DNA from: Octopus sinensis
Lineage: Eukaryota
Reading direction: 5' to 3'
NCBI RefSeq assembly: GCF_006345805.1
Contig: NC_043005.1
Location: forward strand, 74,772,001 to 74,836,000
Length of the DNA stretch: 64,000 bases
Below are positions 48,578-55,544 of this stretch, piece after piece (position 1 is the first letter of the stretch; each line of letters opens with the position of its first letter). The notes beneath the pieces were generated by a model, which did no database searches, was not told where the DNA came from, and saw only the letters and a program-made list of their open reading frames with translations. The position numbers and the translations under genes were made by a program.

Positions 48578-49472
48578 AACAAAGTTATTTTATTCCACAT
48601 GGGTAGAAATATAGGACAAACAGAAGTTGAAAATGCACTGAGAATAGTTTAAATATTTTTTATTAATACATTTAAAGCTTTAACCAGTTTCACAGTTGAC
48701 ATAGATTTTCAAAAAGTTCAAAGAGAAAGCCGTGGCTTATGTTGCAGCTGTCTTGCTTCTGTCTAGTGTTTAAAGCTTGCCCTATTTTTATGGGGAATTC
48801 ATGGCTCAAGTTAGTATATTATTTTGAATAGGTTTCGATTACCGATCAAATTCTATCCAAAACGTACTAGTTTGAACTTTTTGAAAATCAATGTAAATTG
48901 TGAAACCGATTAAATCTTTAAATATGATAATAAAAAATATTTTAACTATTCTCAGTGCATTTTCAACTTCTATTTCTCCTATATATATATATATGTGTGT
49001 ATGTGTCTTTGTGTCTGTGTTTGTCAGTTTGTCATGTACCATTGCTTGACAACCAGTATTGGTGTGGCTATGTTCATGTAACTTAGTAGTTCAGCAAAAG
49101 AAACCAACAGACCTAAAATAAAAATAAATGCTGAGGTTGATTCATTTAATTAAATTCAAGGTGGTACTCCAGTATGGCTGTAGTCCAATGACTGAAAAAG
49201 ATAATAAACTCAGCCAGTTATCTATTTTATGAAGAATAATAACACACAAATTGATAAGTAAGTTGAATTGCTTATTCTTTAATTATAATAAACTGCAATT
49301 TCAGGTGGACCAAAATTTGAAAAAAGAAGCCAGAAGGCAACGTGCTGTTTTCAAACTTGCTAACAGGTTGTTGCAGACTGCCAGGAACTCTCAACTTGAT
49401 AACGAAAGTCTTTGTGTCTACCTTGGAAGTCTTAAGAGTCAGTATGATGCAGATTTACAAGATGAAGAATGA
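1939..49472 (+). CDS. MSH4: MutS protein homolog 4 (meiotic MutS-gamma subunit), 3' portion, 11 coding exons; 5' exons outside window
   Basis: Manual splice: 1939-1984, 7437-7561, 19799-19893, 22203-22250, 24308-24475, 27072-27144, 32381-32445, 34151-34221, 44786-44889, 45511-45599, 49305-49472 (1052 nt). All introns are GT-AG, phases are consistent and there are no internal stops. Translation: [44 protein letters not shown]...[20 protein letters not shown]...[26 protein letters not shown]...[27 protein letters not shown]...[22 protein letters not shown], matching vertebrate MSH4 as recalled. Confidence 0.97.
2852..3260 (+). mobile_element. tRNA-derived SINE, family A (ggagtggctgtgtggtaag...gactgaaacaagtaaaag)
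   Basis: Pol III A/B-box-like head (GGTTCAGTCCC) and internal (TA/TG)n; many copies in the window (e.g. 9440-9820-, 14420-14735+, 26041-26311+, 33630-33985-, 48369-48530+). Confidence 0.88.
4813..4938. mobile_element. 126-bp hAT-like MITE
   Basis: TIRs CAAGGGCAGACTGAG / CTCAGTCTGCTCCTG (13/15 match); 8-bp TSD ggtctgtt / ggtctgct. Confidence 0.7.
5239..6592 (-). mobile_element. 5'-truncated Penelope-like retroelement (Neptune-like GIY-YIG endonuclease end plus 3' UTR/pLTR)
   Basis: ORF 6003-6458 extends upstream as ...[16 protein letters not shown]; contains CSRPRCRTC linker, [31 protein letters not shown] and [13 protein letters not shown]; flanked on both sides by (TA)n. Confidence 0.93.
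5338..5375 (-). ncRNA. Minimal type-I hammerhead ribozyme-like motif of the Penelope-like element
   Basis: Minus strand TCTTT CTGTTGAA GAGC-GTAG-GCTC GAAACGT T AAAGA: helix I TCTTT/AAAGA, helix II GAGC/GCTC, palindromic ACGT helix III, core CUGUUGA/GAAA. Confidence 0.7.
6620..6990 (-). mobile_element. tRNA-headed SINE, family D
   Basis: Minus-strand head ggcacaatggcccagtggttagggcagtggac...ggtttcgattccc; body shared with 37695-38020(+) and 15840-16180(-). Confidence 0.75.
7437..7561 (+). CDS. MSH4: MSH4 exon: [41 protein letters not shown]
   Basis: ttttccag|T...TATA|gtaagt; 125 nt; lies inside ORF 7399-7698. Confidence 0.95.
10430..10665. repeat. Compound (CA)n/(TC)n microsatellite with internal higher-order repeat
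   Basis: Repeated (CA)n-(TC)n-tttctgtcattct...tttctag blocks; source of the spurious HT/CV ORFs. Confidence 0.9.
12241..13612 (-). mobile_element. R4/Dong-like non-LTR retrotransposon (RT plus restriction-like endonuclease), 5'-truncated and internally deleted
   Basis: Minus strand: [10 protein letters not shown]...EQKGC...AWIDY-KKVFDS...GDSLSPLLF...[10 protein letters not shown] (RT), then C..LA..EY..HD and NRPDII...LIDMTVP...KLSKYKDL (RLE); (TAA)n tail at 12241-12272. Confidence 0.9.
13904..14273 (+). mobile_element. Helentron-associated (HINE/DINE-like) non-autonomous element
   Basis: 5' ttattacctctgcc-ttagcgaa-ggcggaggt hairpin, (GTTT)n, 3' subterminal ggcagaagt and terminal hairpin gcgctctctgagtgc followed by T-rich end. 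Confidence 0.65.
15592..15823 (-). mobile_element. tRNA-derived SINE, family B (ggcagcgagctggcag...gtgggtaataaagaaata)
   Basis: Full-length copy with B box GAGTTCAAATTCC; 14-bp imperfect TSD cagacgcccatacc / cagacagccatacc. Confidence 0.85.
16039..16164. mobile_element. 126-bp hAT (Charlie-like) MITE inserted in the tRNA head of a family-D SINE
   Basis: TIRs CAGTGGTTCCCAA / TCGGGAACCACTG; perfect 8-bp TSD CACTAAGC (16031-16038, 16165-16172). Confidence 0.9.
17061..17437 (+). mobile_element. SINE family A, near full-length
   Basis: Same head, body and tail as 2852-3260 and 21739-22146. Confidence 0.88.
17990..18305 (+). mobile_element. SINE or LINE 3'-tail family C (ggtattaggaagggcatccagc...(GAT)n)
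   Basis: Shared body and (GAT)n tail with 31470-31760(+), 44040-44400(-), 47260-47455(-), 43054-43292(-). Confidence 0.75.
19110..19279. repeat. 170-bp loop-less palindrome (foldback element) inside a piggyBac-like MITE remnant
   Basis: 85-bp arms, 10 mismatches, centre CTCCAG|CTGGAG at 19194/19195. Confidence 0.9.
19799..19893 (+). CDS. MSH4: MSH4 exon: (T)[31 protein letters not shown]
   Basis: tatttcag|CT...ACT|gtaaat; 95 nt; RHPILE..P..N motif that opens the MutS ATPase domain. Confidence 0.95.
21359..21645. mobile_element. 287-bp solo LTR
   Basis: TGTAG...CTACA termini; 4-bp TSD ATAC (21355-21358, 21646-21649); higher GC than flanks. Confidence 0.75.
21739..22146 (+). mobile_element. 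SINE family A, young CpG-rich full-length copy ending ~55 nt before the Walker-A exon
   Basis: TSD ATAGTATA (21730-21737, 22147-22154). Confidence 0.9.
22203..22250 (+). CDS. MSH4: MSH4 exon: [16 protein letters not shown] (first half of Walker A)
   Basis: gttttttcag|TAT...ATG|gtaagt; 48 nt, phase 0/0. Confidence 0.95.
22728..23702. mobile_element. Non-autonomous DNA transposon with Tc2/pogo-like terminus (family E), homologous to 53518-55503
   Basis: Right end ...acttgagtatatacggt resembles a TcMar-Tc2-type TIR; internal direct repeat; colinear with the second copy. Confidence 0.55.
22816..23029. mobile_element. piggyBac-like MITE nested in family E
   Basis: TTAA|CCCTTTTGTTACT ... AGTAACGAAAGGG termini; absent from the homologous site in the 53.8-kb copy; right TSD degenerate. 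Confidence 0.7.
23835..24000 (+). mobile_element. Penelope-like element terminal fragment with hammerhead-like motif (23875-23912)
   Basis: CTTT CTGTTGAA GAGT-GTCG-GCTC GAAATGT A AAAAA plus downstream homology to 5239-5340(-); embedded in (TA/CA)n. Confidence 0.7.
24308..24475 (+). CDS. MSH4: MSH4 exon: [56 protein letters not shown]
   Basis: tttacag|AGT...GAA|gtgag; 168 nt; Walker A completion and STF motif. Confidence 0.97.
24857..25310 (-). mobile_element. SINE family A (antisense)
   Basis: Reverse complement of the family A head (...cacacagccacacctgcgcc) and tail. Confidence 0.85.
27072..27144 (+). CDS. MSH4: MSH4 exon: [24 protein letters not shown](G) (Walker B)
   Basis: tttcag|ATG...CGAG|gtaag; 73 nt. 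Confidence 0.96.
27240..28980 (-). mobile_element. Highly decayed RTE-clade LINE fragments (APE, inter-domain region, 3' end with (GAT)n)
   Basis: Minus strand GDFNG... (APE) near 28980; ...[11 protein letters not shown]... near 27940; [11 protein letters not shown] near 27390; many stops and frameshifts; interrupted by other repeats. Confidence 0.55.
29293..29523 (+). mobile_element. SINE family B, young copy inserted into an older antisense family-B SINE
   Basis: Perfect 16-bp TSD GGTACTTAATTTATCA (29277-29292, 29524-29539). Confidence 0.92.
30305..31091 (-). mobile_element. Tc1/mariner-superfamily transposon fragment (DD37D/DD41D-like): left TIR, internal hairpin, partial transposase
   Basis: Minus strand [19 protein letters not shown]...VWCAMG...PYFFEE...VTSDHY...[11 protein letters not shown]; terminus TA|CAGTGTACATTTAAACAC at 31091. 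Confidence 0.8.
31470..31760 (+). mobile_element. Family C SINE/tail element
   Basis: ggcattaggaagggcatccagctgtagaaac...catggaaagctgacgttaaacgatgatgat. Confidence 0.75.
32381..32445 (+). CDS. MSH4: MSH4 exon: (G)[21 protein letters not shown]
   Basis: cttttaaag|GA...AAG|gtatg; 65 nt; not in the ORF track. Confidence 0.95.
32575..33461. mobile_element. Non-autonomous mariner made of two head-to-head 5' ends
   Basis: Left arm (+) TIR ggtctgatcaataagtatccggact with [15 protein letters not shown]; right arm (-) TA|CGAGGTTTGATCAACAAGTATCTGGACT with [12 protein letters not shown]...HSGRPATS...AKFVPK; junction at ~32838. Confidence 0.85.
34151..34221 (+). CDS. MSH4: MSH4 exon: [23 protein letters not shown](N)
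   Basis: tattttacag|GCT...GAGAA|gtaagt; 71 nt; xTHF motif. Confidence 0.95.
34472..34672 (+). mobile_element. Penelope-like element terminal fragment with hammerhead-like motif (34544-34581)
   Basis: TCTTT CTGTAGAA GAGC-GTAG-GGTC GAAACAT A AAAGA plus ctgagcgctatactaataca...cacctgccttcgtcttttg homologous to 5239-5340(-); (TA)n on both sides. Confidence 0.75.
35699..35961. repeat. 263-bp foldback palindrome (MITE-like)
   Basis: Arms ~129 bp around a 5-nt loop (AGATA, centre 35830); innermost 34 bp have 2 mismatches. Confidence 0.88.
37271..37505 (-). mobile_element. SINE family B, full length
   Basis: Perfect 16-bp TSD ATCTAAATATTATGTA (37255-37270, 37506-37521). Confidence 0.92.
38752..39370 (-). 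mobile_element. CR1-like LINE 3' fragment (copy 1)
   Basis: [17 protein letters not shown]...VQRRATK...YPERL..L...L..RR..ADL...[19 protein letters not shown]; (ATT)n tail. Confidence 0.88.
41419..42035 (-). mobile_element. CR1-like LINE 3' fragment (copy 2, part of the duplication)
   Basis: ORF 41747-42028 is identical to ORF 39082-39363. Confidence 0.88.
43530..43750. repeat. ~220-bp interrupted (TA)n tract
   Basis: Direct reading; another pure (TA)n of ~75 bp at 47125-47200. Confidence 0.95.
44040..44400 (-). mobile_element. Family C SINE with internal ~55-bp tandem repeats
   Basis: (CAT)n tail, gatgcccttcctaacgccaacc core, three units of gccaccgacacaggtgccagacg...ggtgttttttatgt. Confidence 0.75.
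44786..44889 (+). CDS. MSH4: MSH4 exon: [34 protein letters not shown](G)
   Basis: tttttag|C...TATG|gtatg; 104 nt. Confidence 0.93.
44945..45270 (+). mobile_element. tRNA-headed SINE (family D-related)
   Basis: Head ggcgtatggctcagtggttagagcattggactc...gagctcaattcttgg, then cttgaacaagacactttatttcacgttgctccagttcactcagctg. Confidence 0.7.
45511..45599 (+). CDS. MSH4: MSH4 exon: (G)[29 protein letters not shown] (helix-turn-helix)
   Basis: ttgtaag|GA...AAG|gtaatt; 89 nt. Confidence 0.93.
48610..48983. mobile_element. ~370-bp MITE with ~112-bp TIRs
   Basis: TATAGGA...gaagttgaaaatgcactgagaatag...aaaagttcaaa (48610-48722) mirrored at 48870-48983; TA-flanked. Confidence 0.85.
49305..49472 (+). CDS. 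MSH4: MSH4 terminal coding exon: [55 protein letters not shown]
   Basis: tttcag|GTG...GAA TGA; 168 nt; [18 protein letters not shown] is the MSH4 C-terminal signature as recalled. Confidence 0.95.
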   Translation: MDQNLKKEARRQRAVFKLANRLLQTARNSQLDNESLCVYLGSLKSQYDADLQDEE

Positions 49473-49599
49473 AACGTGAACTTTTTAATTATATTTTTTA
49501 TTGTTTTCTTCAGTTTCATTTTGAATTTTCTGTGATATTTTAAGATTATTTCCATTACTTTTTAAAAAAGATTTCTATGTCTCTCTCTCTCTCTCTCTT

Positions 49600-49637
<38 letters not shown>

Positions 49638-49738
49638 AACATATCAAAGGGAAATGGAAATTAATTAAAATTTTCACTTCCAGTAGCCTAACATGTAAAA
49701 GTTTAGTCCAAAAAGACTATGTACTAGTCATTAATATA

Positions 49739-49990
49739 CAGTGTACATTTAAACACATAAGGAATCCACTTGTGGGATTCAACATGCTAGAAAGAACAGC
49801 TAGGTTCTATAACCACAAAAATTAGGGAAAAAATTCGACAGGAACGAAATGAAAAATAAAAACATTTTACCTTATTTTTCATTTCGTTCCTGGCGAATTT
49901 TATCCCTGATTTTTGTGGTCATAGAACCTAGCTGTTCTTTCTAGCATGTTGAATCCCACAAGTGGATTCCTTATGTGTTTAAATGTACAC

Positions 49991-49992
<2 letters not shown>
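49739..49992. mobile_element. 254-bp Tc1-family MITE forming an almost perfect hairpin, downstream of the MSH4 stop
   Basis: 121-bp arms, 4 mismatches, 12-nt loop; TA|CAGTGTACATTTAAACAC terminus shared with the element at 31091. Confidence 0.92.
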
Positions 49993-50048
<56 letters not shown>

Positions 50049-50208
50049 GTTCTCTTGGGTCATTTATATTGTATTATATATATATTAGAGGTGTCTGTGT
50101 TGTTCTTCTGTTTGAATATACAAGCATGAAAGTAAATGTTTGCAGCATTTTATGCTATAAATTTAAATGTTTATAAAAAAAAATCTTTACTAGAACATTG
50201 CAAATAAA
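49855..50208 (+). promoter_or_regulatory. Candidate MSH4 polyadenylation signals AATAAA (49855-49860 and 50203-50208)
   Basis: Hexamer matches 3' of the stop codon in AT-rich DNA; usage unverified. Confidence 0.3.
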
Positions 50209-50477
50209 GATTTCCAAAACTATAAATAATTCTTTATTTTCTATTACTCATTGTTAACATTGAAAATGTAATAAATGTAATATCTACTTTCAACACACCT
50301 CTTACATTCTGGATTCACACCCACACCAAAGGAAAATTTACTTTTTATTTTTTATGATGGGAGTTGGTAAAAGAAATACCAGATATTTACTGCAGTTACT
50401 TCAACCATAGATACCTTTCCTTTACAGGTTTTATGAGCTTATACCAGTGGAAGAAATCAACATTTCGCTAAACATCA

Positions 50478-50710
50478 AGGTGGGGAGCTAGCAGAATCAT
50501 TAGCACGCTGGGCAAAATGCCTAGTGGTATTTTGTCTGCTGCTACATTCTGAGTTCAAATTCCGCCGAGGTCGACTTTGCCTTTCATCCTTTCAGGGTTG
50601 ATTAAATAAGTACCAGTTACGCACTGGGGTCGATATAATCGACTTAATCCGTTTGTTTGTCCTTGTTTGTCCCCTCTGTGTTTAGCCCCCTGTGGGTAGT
50701 AAAGAAATAG
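50478..50710 (+). mobile_element. SINE family B followed by a second partial family-B body
   Basis: gagttcaaattccgccgaggtcgac...gtgggtagtaaagaaata|ggtattt. Confidence 0.85.
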
Positions 50711-52867
50711 GTATTTCATCCATTTTTATGTTTTGAGTTCAAATTCCTCCAAGATCATCTTTGCCCTTTCTCCTTTCAGGGTTGATAAAATAAGTACCAG
50801 TTGAGCACTGGGATCGATGTAATTGGCTTGCACCTCCCCTGAACTTGCTGGCCTTGTGCTAAAATTTGAAAACAATATTTCCCAAAATATCTGAATTATT
50901 ACCTACTTTAATGACAAGGTTTACAACTCACCTTAAATTTGTGTGAATTCCCAATATTGGGTGAACAGAGCTTGCTGTGTTAAAATGTTAAAAAAAAAAA
51001 CAAGAAGGTATCAGGTTCTATTTTTAACTTTTGTTGTACTAAGATAAAGATTTTATGAAAATATTTATTTACTACTCCTGCGTTCAAAAATCAAACGTGC
51101 TTTATTCAATGCAAATATTGAAAAGGAGACAGATTAACCTAGATTTTCCCTTTGCTCGTTTCAGATTGGTGTCACAATCCAATGCAATGTGATCTTCTCA
51201 AAGTGATTTCAAAAGAATTATTTTGCTGTTCATGGGAAATTGCTAAAGGTAAAGATAAAACAGACTTAAATTAAAACAGCAGGTTAGTGAAAATTAGCTT
51301 CCAATGATTGCTTAGATTAAGAACTTCTGTAAACTCTCTTTGCTGTCTTGTATAAATGAGATTGAGAAAGTCATGCCAATCTACATCTGTAAATATTACT
51401 CTGAACTTTAGAGGTTACAGTTTTTGTAATCTGTTTTTTTTCTATTTATTCATTTAATTTATTTTTCTCCCTTTTGATTTATAATTTTTATTGGAATACT
51501 CCTAAAATGAAAAGCAATTTGCCGAACAAAATTACTTCCGAGTAATCAAAATTAATCATTGCTTGTATGGATCTCAAAAGTTCAAACGATCTGTGTTTTT
51601 ATTTTATTTTATTTCAATGGCTTAGTCATAGGGGTAAGGATGGTGTCTCTGAACTTTCTTGAGGCTTCTTAAGACAGGTAGAAGGAAGATTCGGTTTGAA
51701 TGTTTGTAACACAAGAGAGGCCACCCTCTCCCAAAAAACGAAAAGGCGATTGTAAAGTCACCTTGGCAGTATTTGTACTTAAAGGGACATAACTAAACAT
51801 CACAAGGTATTTTCTTCAACACTACCATAATGGTGGGATATAAATGACTACATCAACTCCTGTATTGATTAAAAACTATATTCTTTTTATCGATACCAGA
51901 AGAGGAAAAGCAAAGTCAGTGATTTGAACTCAGAATGTAAAAAAAAGCTGCAAGTAAATACTACAAGCATCTGATACTGTAACATTTCTGCCAAGCTACC
52001 ATTTCTTTTATATAGGTTTCATAATTTGGCACAAGGCCAGCAAGTTCAGGCAAGGCAGGGTAAGTTGATTATGTTGGCCCCAGTGTTCAACTGATACTTA
52101 TTTTATTGAGCTCGAAAGGATAAAAGGCATAGTTGACTTTGGCTGAATTTGAACCCAGAATGCAAGGACAAATGAAATACAACTAAACATTTTGCCTTAC
52201 ATATTAACAATTCTGCTAACTCTCCACTGATCCTTTCTTATCAAAACACAACATTTGTGATTCACAATCTTCATGATTCACAAACCAATTTATATAAAAG
52301 TGCAGGTGAATGACCAGATACTCTAATCTTGACTCACATTTTATCAATGATAATAGCTTGTCATGATTAATTTTTTTTTTTGAATTTTCACTACAAAAAA
52401 AATAGTATTAATTGTTTACATGAACTGATTAATTTTTTTTTTTTGTAATTTAACATAGAATTTTGGGAGTGGGATGGTAATTTTACTTATATTGCCTGTT
52501 CACATGACTTTTTCTATGACCAGCATTTCACATGACTTTTTTCCATGTAGATTTATTAAAATTTCAAAACTTCTCACAACTTACATTGTGGTAATATATT
52601 GCTTTCGTTATCATCGTAATGTTGTGCCAGACAGCTAAAATGCCAGCTTCCAAATTCTGTTTTCTGATAGGGTAAAAATGATCAAACTTTGAACCTCAGT
52701 AACATTTCTCTAAAAATTTTCTTGAATAAGAGAATAACAACATTAGATTCAGCATGAAAAATTACATCAGTATACCAAATTTGAAAATTTTCACTTGATT
52801 CTAAAATTTCAAAGATTGTGATGGCAGCAGAAAATATCTATTTTTACTATTATAGACACAAGGTCTG

Positions 52868-53427
52868 AAAGCTTGCGTTGGACGTTTAGGATTTCTTTTT
52901 CTTTTTGTACAAAACCAAATAAAAAGAATCGTTTTAACATGGAAAATTTATTGGCCACCGTGGTGCAGTTATAACAACAGCAGTTGCTGCAACAGCAACA
53001 ACAGACGTTCAAGAATTAGGGCCTGGAGATCTCCATTTCCAGCGACTTCGAGGGCCACCTCCCAGTGGTGTCGGGCGTCAACGAAGAGCTCTCGACTACA
53101 ACAAGACGACCAAAGTTTTTTTTTCCAAGGTCTGGGGTCTCTCGCTCCTAAGCTCTAGACCATCACCTAATCACCCTTACCCGTCTTGTTGCTTAACAAC
53201 AACAGCAACAAAACCAACAGTTTGTGAAATTAATACTGAAGAAGTCTGAAAATACTTCAGGGTCGTACTCGCCAGACAGCATAACAAACTTATATGAAGA
53301 TTTCAGTTACATAAGAAGGAATTACTTTTTCTGCATATTTCGAAGATACGAAGAAATTTTCAAAGAAGAACGTAAAAATTGGTCTGACGAAAAATAAAAG
53401 TACGACTACTTTTAAGAACGTTACTCC
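52868..53427 (+). mobile_element. Partial duplicate of the Gypsy gag 5' region, interrupted by a ~200-bp insertion
   Basis: Roughly 90-95% similar to 55545-55914 (ATG at 52939 vs 55618); insertion at 53002-53200. Confidence 0.8.
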
Positions 53428-53517
53428 CTGCTAAACCCTAGTGCTCAACTGGTACTTATTCTACTGACTTCGACAGGAATGAAAAGCAAATTCCTCAGCG
53501 GAATTCAAACGTAAAGA

Positions 53518-55503
53518 ACAGAAGCCCGACTGATCTCTAGGTGAATGAAAACTAAAAACAAATACACAATGAATTACAGTAATATCAATTATCAATTCTC
53601 TGCATCAAAACACGTGTCCTAGTAAATAACAAAACCTATAAACAAGACTGTGTAGCTCTCGTGCAGTTACCAGTAAATGTCCATAATGTGGTGTTGAGTT
53701 GTTAATCTTGAGCAGGGGTTTCCAAAATGTGTTCTGGAGAACTCCCAGGGTTGCCTGAAAGTTATCAGAGGTTCCACGTTTTAAAAAATAATGTTGAAGG
53801 ATTCCGCGGCAAAAAAAGTTTGGGTACCATTGATCTAGTGATTAACTAAATGTTTTTAGGCTTACTCAAGTCATGCCTCTGTACGAATTCACACAGTAGT
53901 GTTTGCTGTTGTTCACCGATAGTATTGTCTGTGAAACACGTTTCTCACCATGTATACAGACGATTGTGTGACGCATGTGTCTTTTGTATTTGGAGATGAG
54001 GAAAATGTAAAGGTTGCATGGGAATCATTGATCTAGTAATTAATTTAATGTTTTTAGGCTTATCAAAGTCATGCCTTTGTACGAATTCAGACATTAGCGT
54101 GTAGGAAATACGACCGTATGTGGAGGTTGGCGACGTAGGTAAGTCACACGGTCGCATCCCTAACGAAATAAGATAAGCCATAAATACAATTTATACAATG
54201 CAGTGCCAACAGAATATAGATGAATTGACGACAAGCCGTTCCACTGTTTGAGAGATAGATAAGATTTTATTTACAAGGTGTTAAGGTTAGAAGTTTGTGA
54301 GTGCTAGCAAGTGTTGTGTATGTGTGCATGCAACACGTGTTTGTGTGGGTGACAGATACAATAAGGGTGAATGCGTGTGACACAGAAAGTACAGAGCATA
54401 GAGTCAATGATGGAAATTGGTTTACAGTTCATAAGGTACACGGTATGTAAGAGTTCAATATCAAGATGTGTCTCGGGGGGAGACCGGTTGGGCGAATATG
54501 TCGAGCCGCGGTTGTGGTCTCAATCGCCGAGCTGCTTCTCTTAATATAGAATTCTTCAGATGGACTGTTTCTACTTGGTGAAGGGATTCACTCTAACAGC
54601 GTGGATCTGTGAAGTTGGTGCGTACATGTCTGAAGTGGACGATGGTAGAGACGACTTGAAGTTGGTGCAATGGTGGTGACGACGGCGGCGGAGATAGAAG
54701 GCATTCTGTTGCGGGTGTACATTAGCGTCGTTGTGGCTGATCGTCTGTTGCTGTGGCTGGAACATGTTGAGTAGCTCTGTGGTCAGAGGTTAGTCCTTAG
54801 AAGGACTAGAATCAAAGACCCAAGTATACTGAGAACACTCCTTTATGTACAAGTAAGGTGGCTCAACAGAGCCTAGGAAAAGGGACCTTAACCAAAGGCC
54901 GTGATTGGTTGGCTTTGGCCAGTGGCGCGGAATAAGTAGAGACAAATCACGCCACAAGTCAACCAATCAGGTCAGTGGTCACAACAGGAACAACTCGGCC
55001 AAAGATGGCTGTAATCTCAAACGAGATCATTCCTCCCGAGTCTCTCAAACAGTGAAGATATCAGAGACCGCTACAAGCGCTTGTCAATCTTCGCCAGTCT
55101 GTGAAACACGTTTCTCACCATATAAACAACGAGTGTATAACATGTGTGTTTATTGCGCTTCAATGTGTATGCAGGCTTCCAACATATTCTGTGCAAACAT
55201 TTTAGTAATGGTAATGGAGCACCCATCAACAGATGTATAGTGCTGGCTATTAAAAGGTGGTTTACTATAAGCACAGAGCATTCCACCTATAGAGCAGGCT
55301 ACTGTAAGGTAACCACGCAATTTTGTAATAATGTTATTTCTACGTACAGGATAACACGGTTCCTTGACCCACAAATGTTGTCCCGATGATCGTGAAATAC
55401 TAGGGTAGACTTTTATACGGGGTCTAAGGAAAATTCTCAATTTTTGACCAAAAATAGAGGGTCGACTTTCACAAGAGATCAACGACTACTTGAGTATATA
55501 CGG
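53518..55503. mobile_element. Family E (Tc2-like) non-autonomous element, second copy, hosting a solo LTR
   Basis: Colinear with 22728-23702 once 54100-55075 is removed; ends acttgagtatatacggta. Confidence 0.6.
54100..55075 (-). mobile_element. 976-bp solo LTR
   Basis: TGTAG...CTACA termini; 4-bp TSD AGCG (54096-54099, 55076-55079); minus-strand TATA-like TACATAAA (~54845) and AATAAA (~54268); CpG-rich. Confidence 0.85.
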
Positions 55504-55544
55504 TATTTACCCAACAACAGGATACGAAAGTGACAACAAGATGT

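Noticed and set aside
50710-52860. Possible second host gene downstream of MSH4
   Set aside because: AT-rich sequence with decayed SINE pieces; no credible exon or ORF on either strand.
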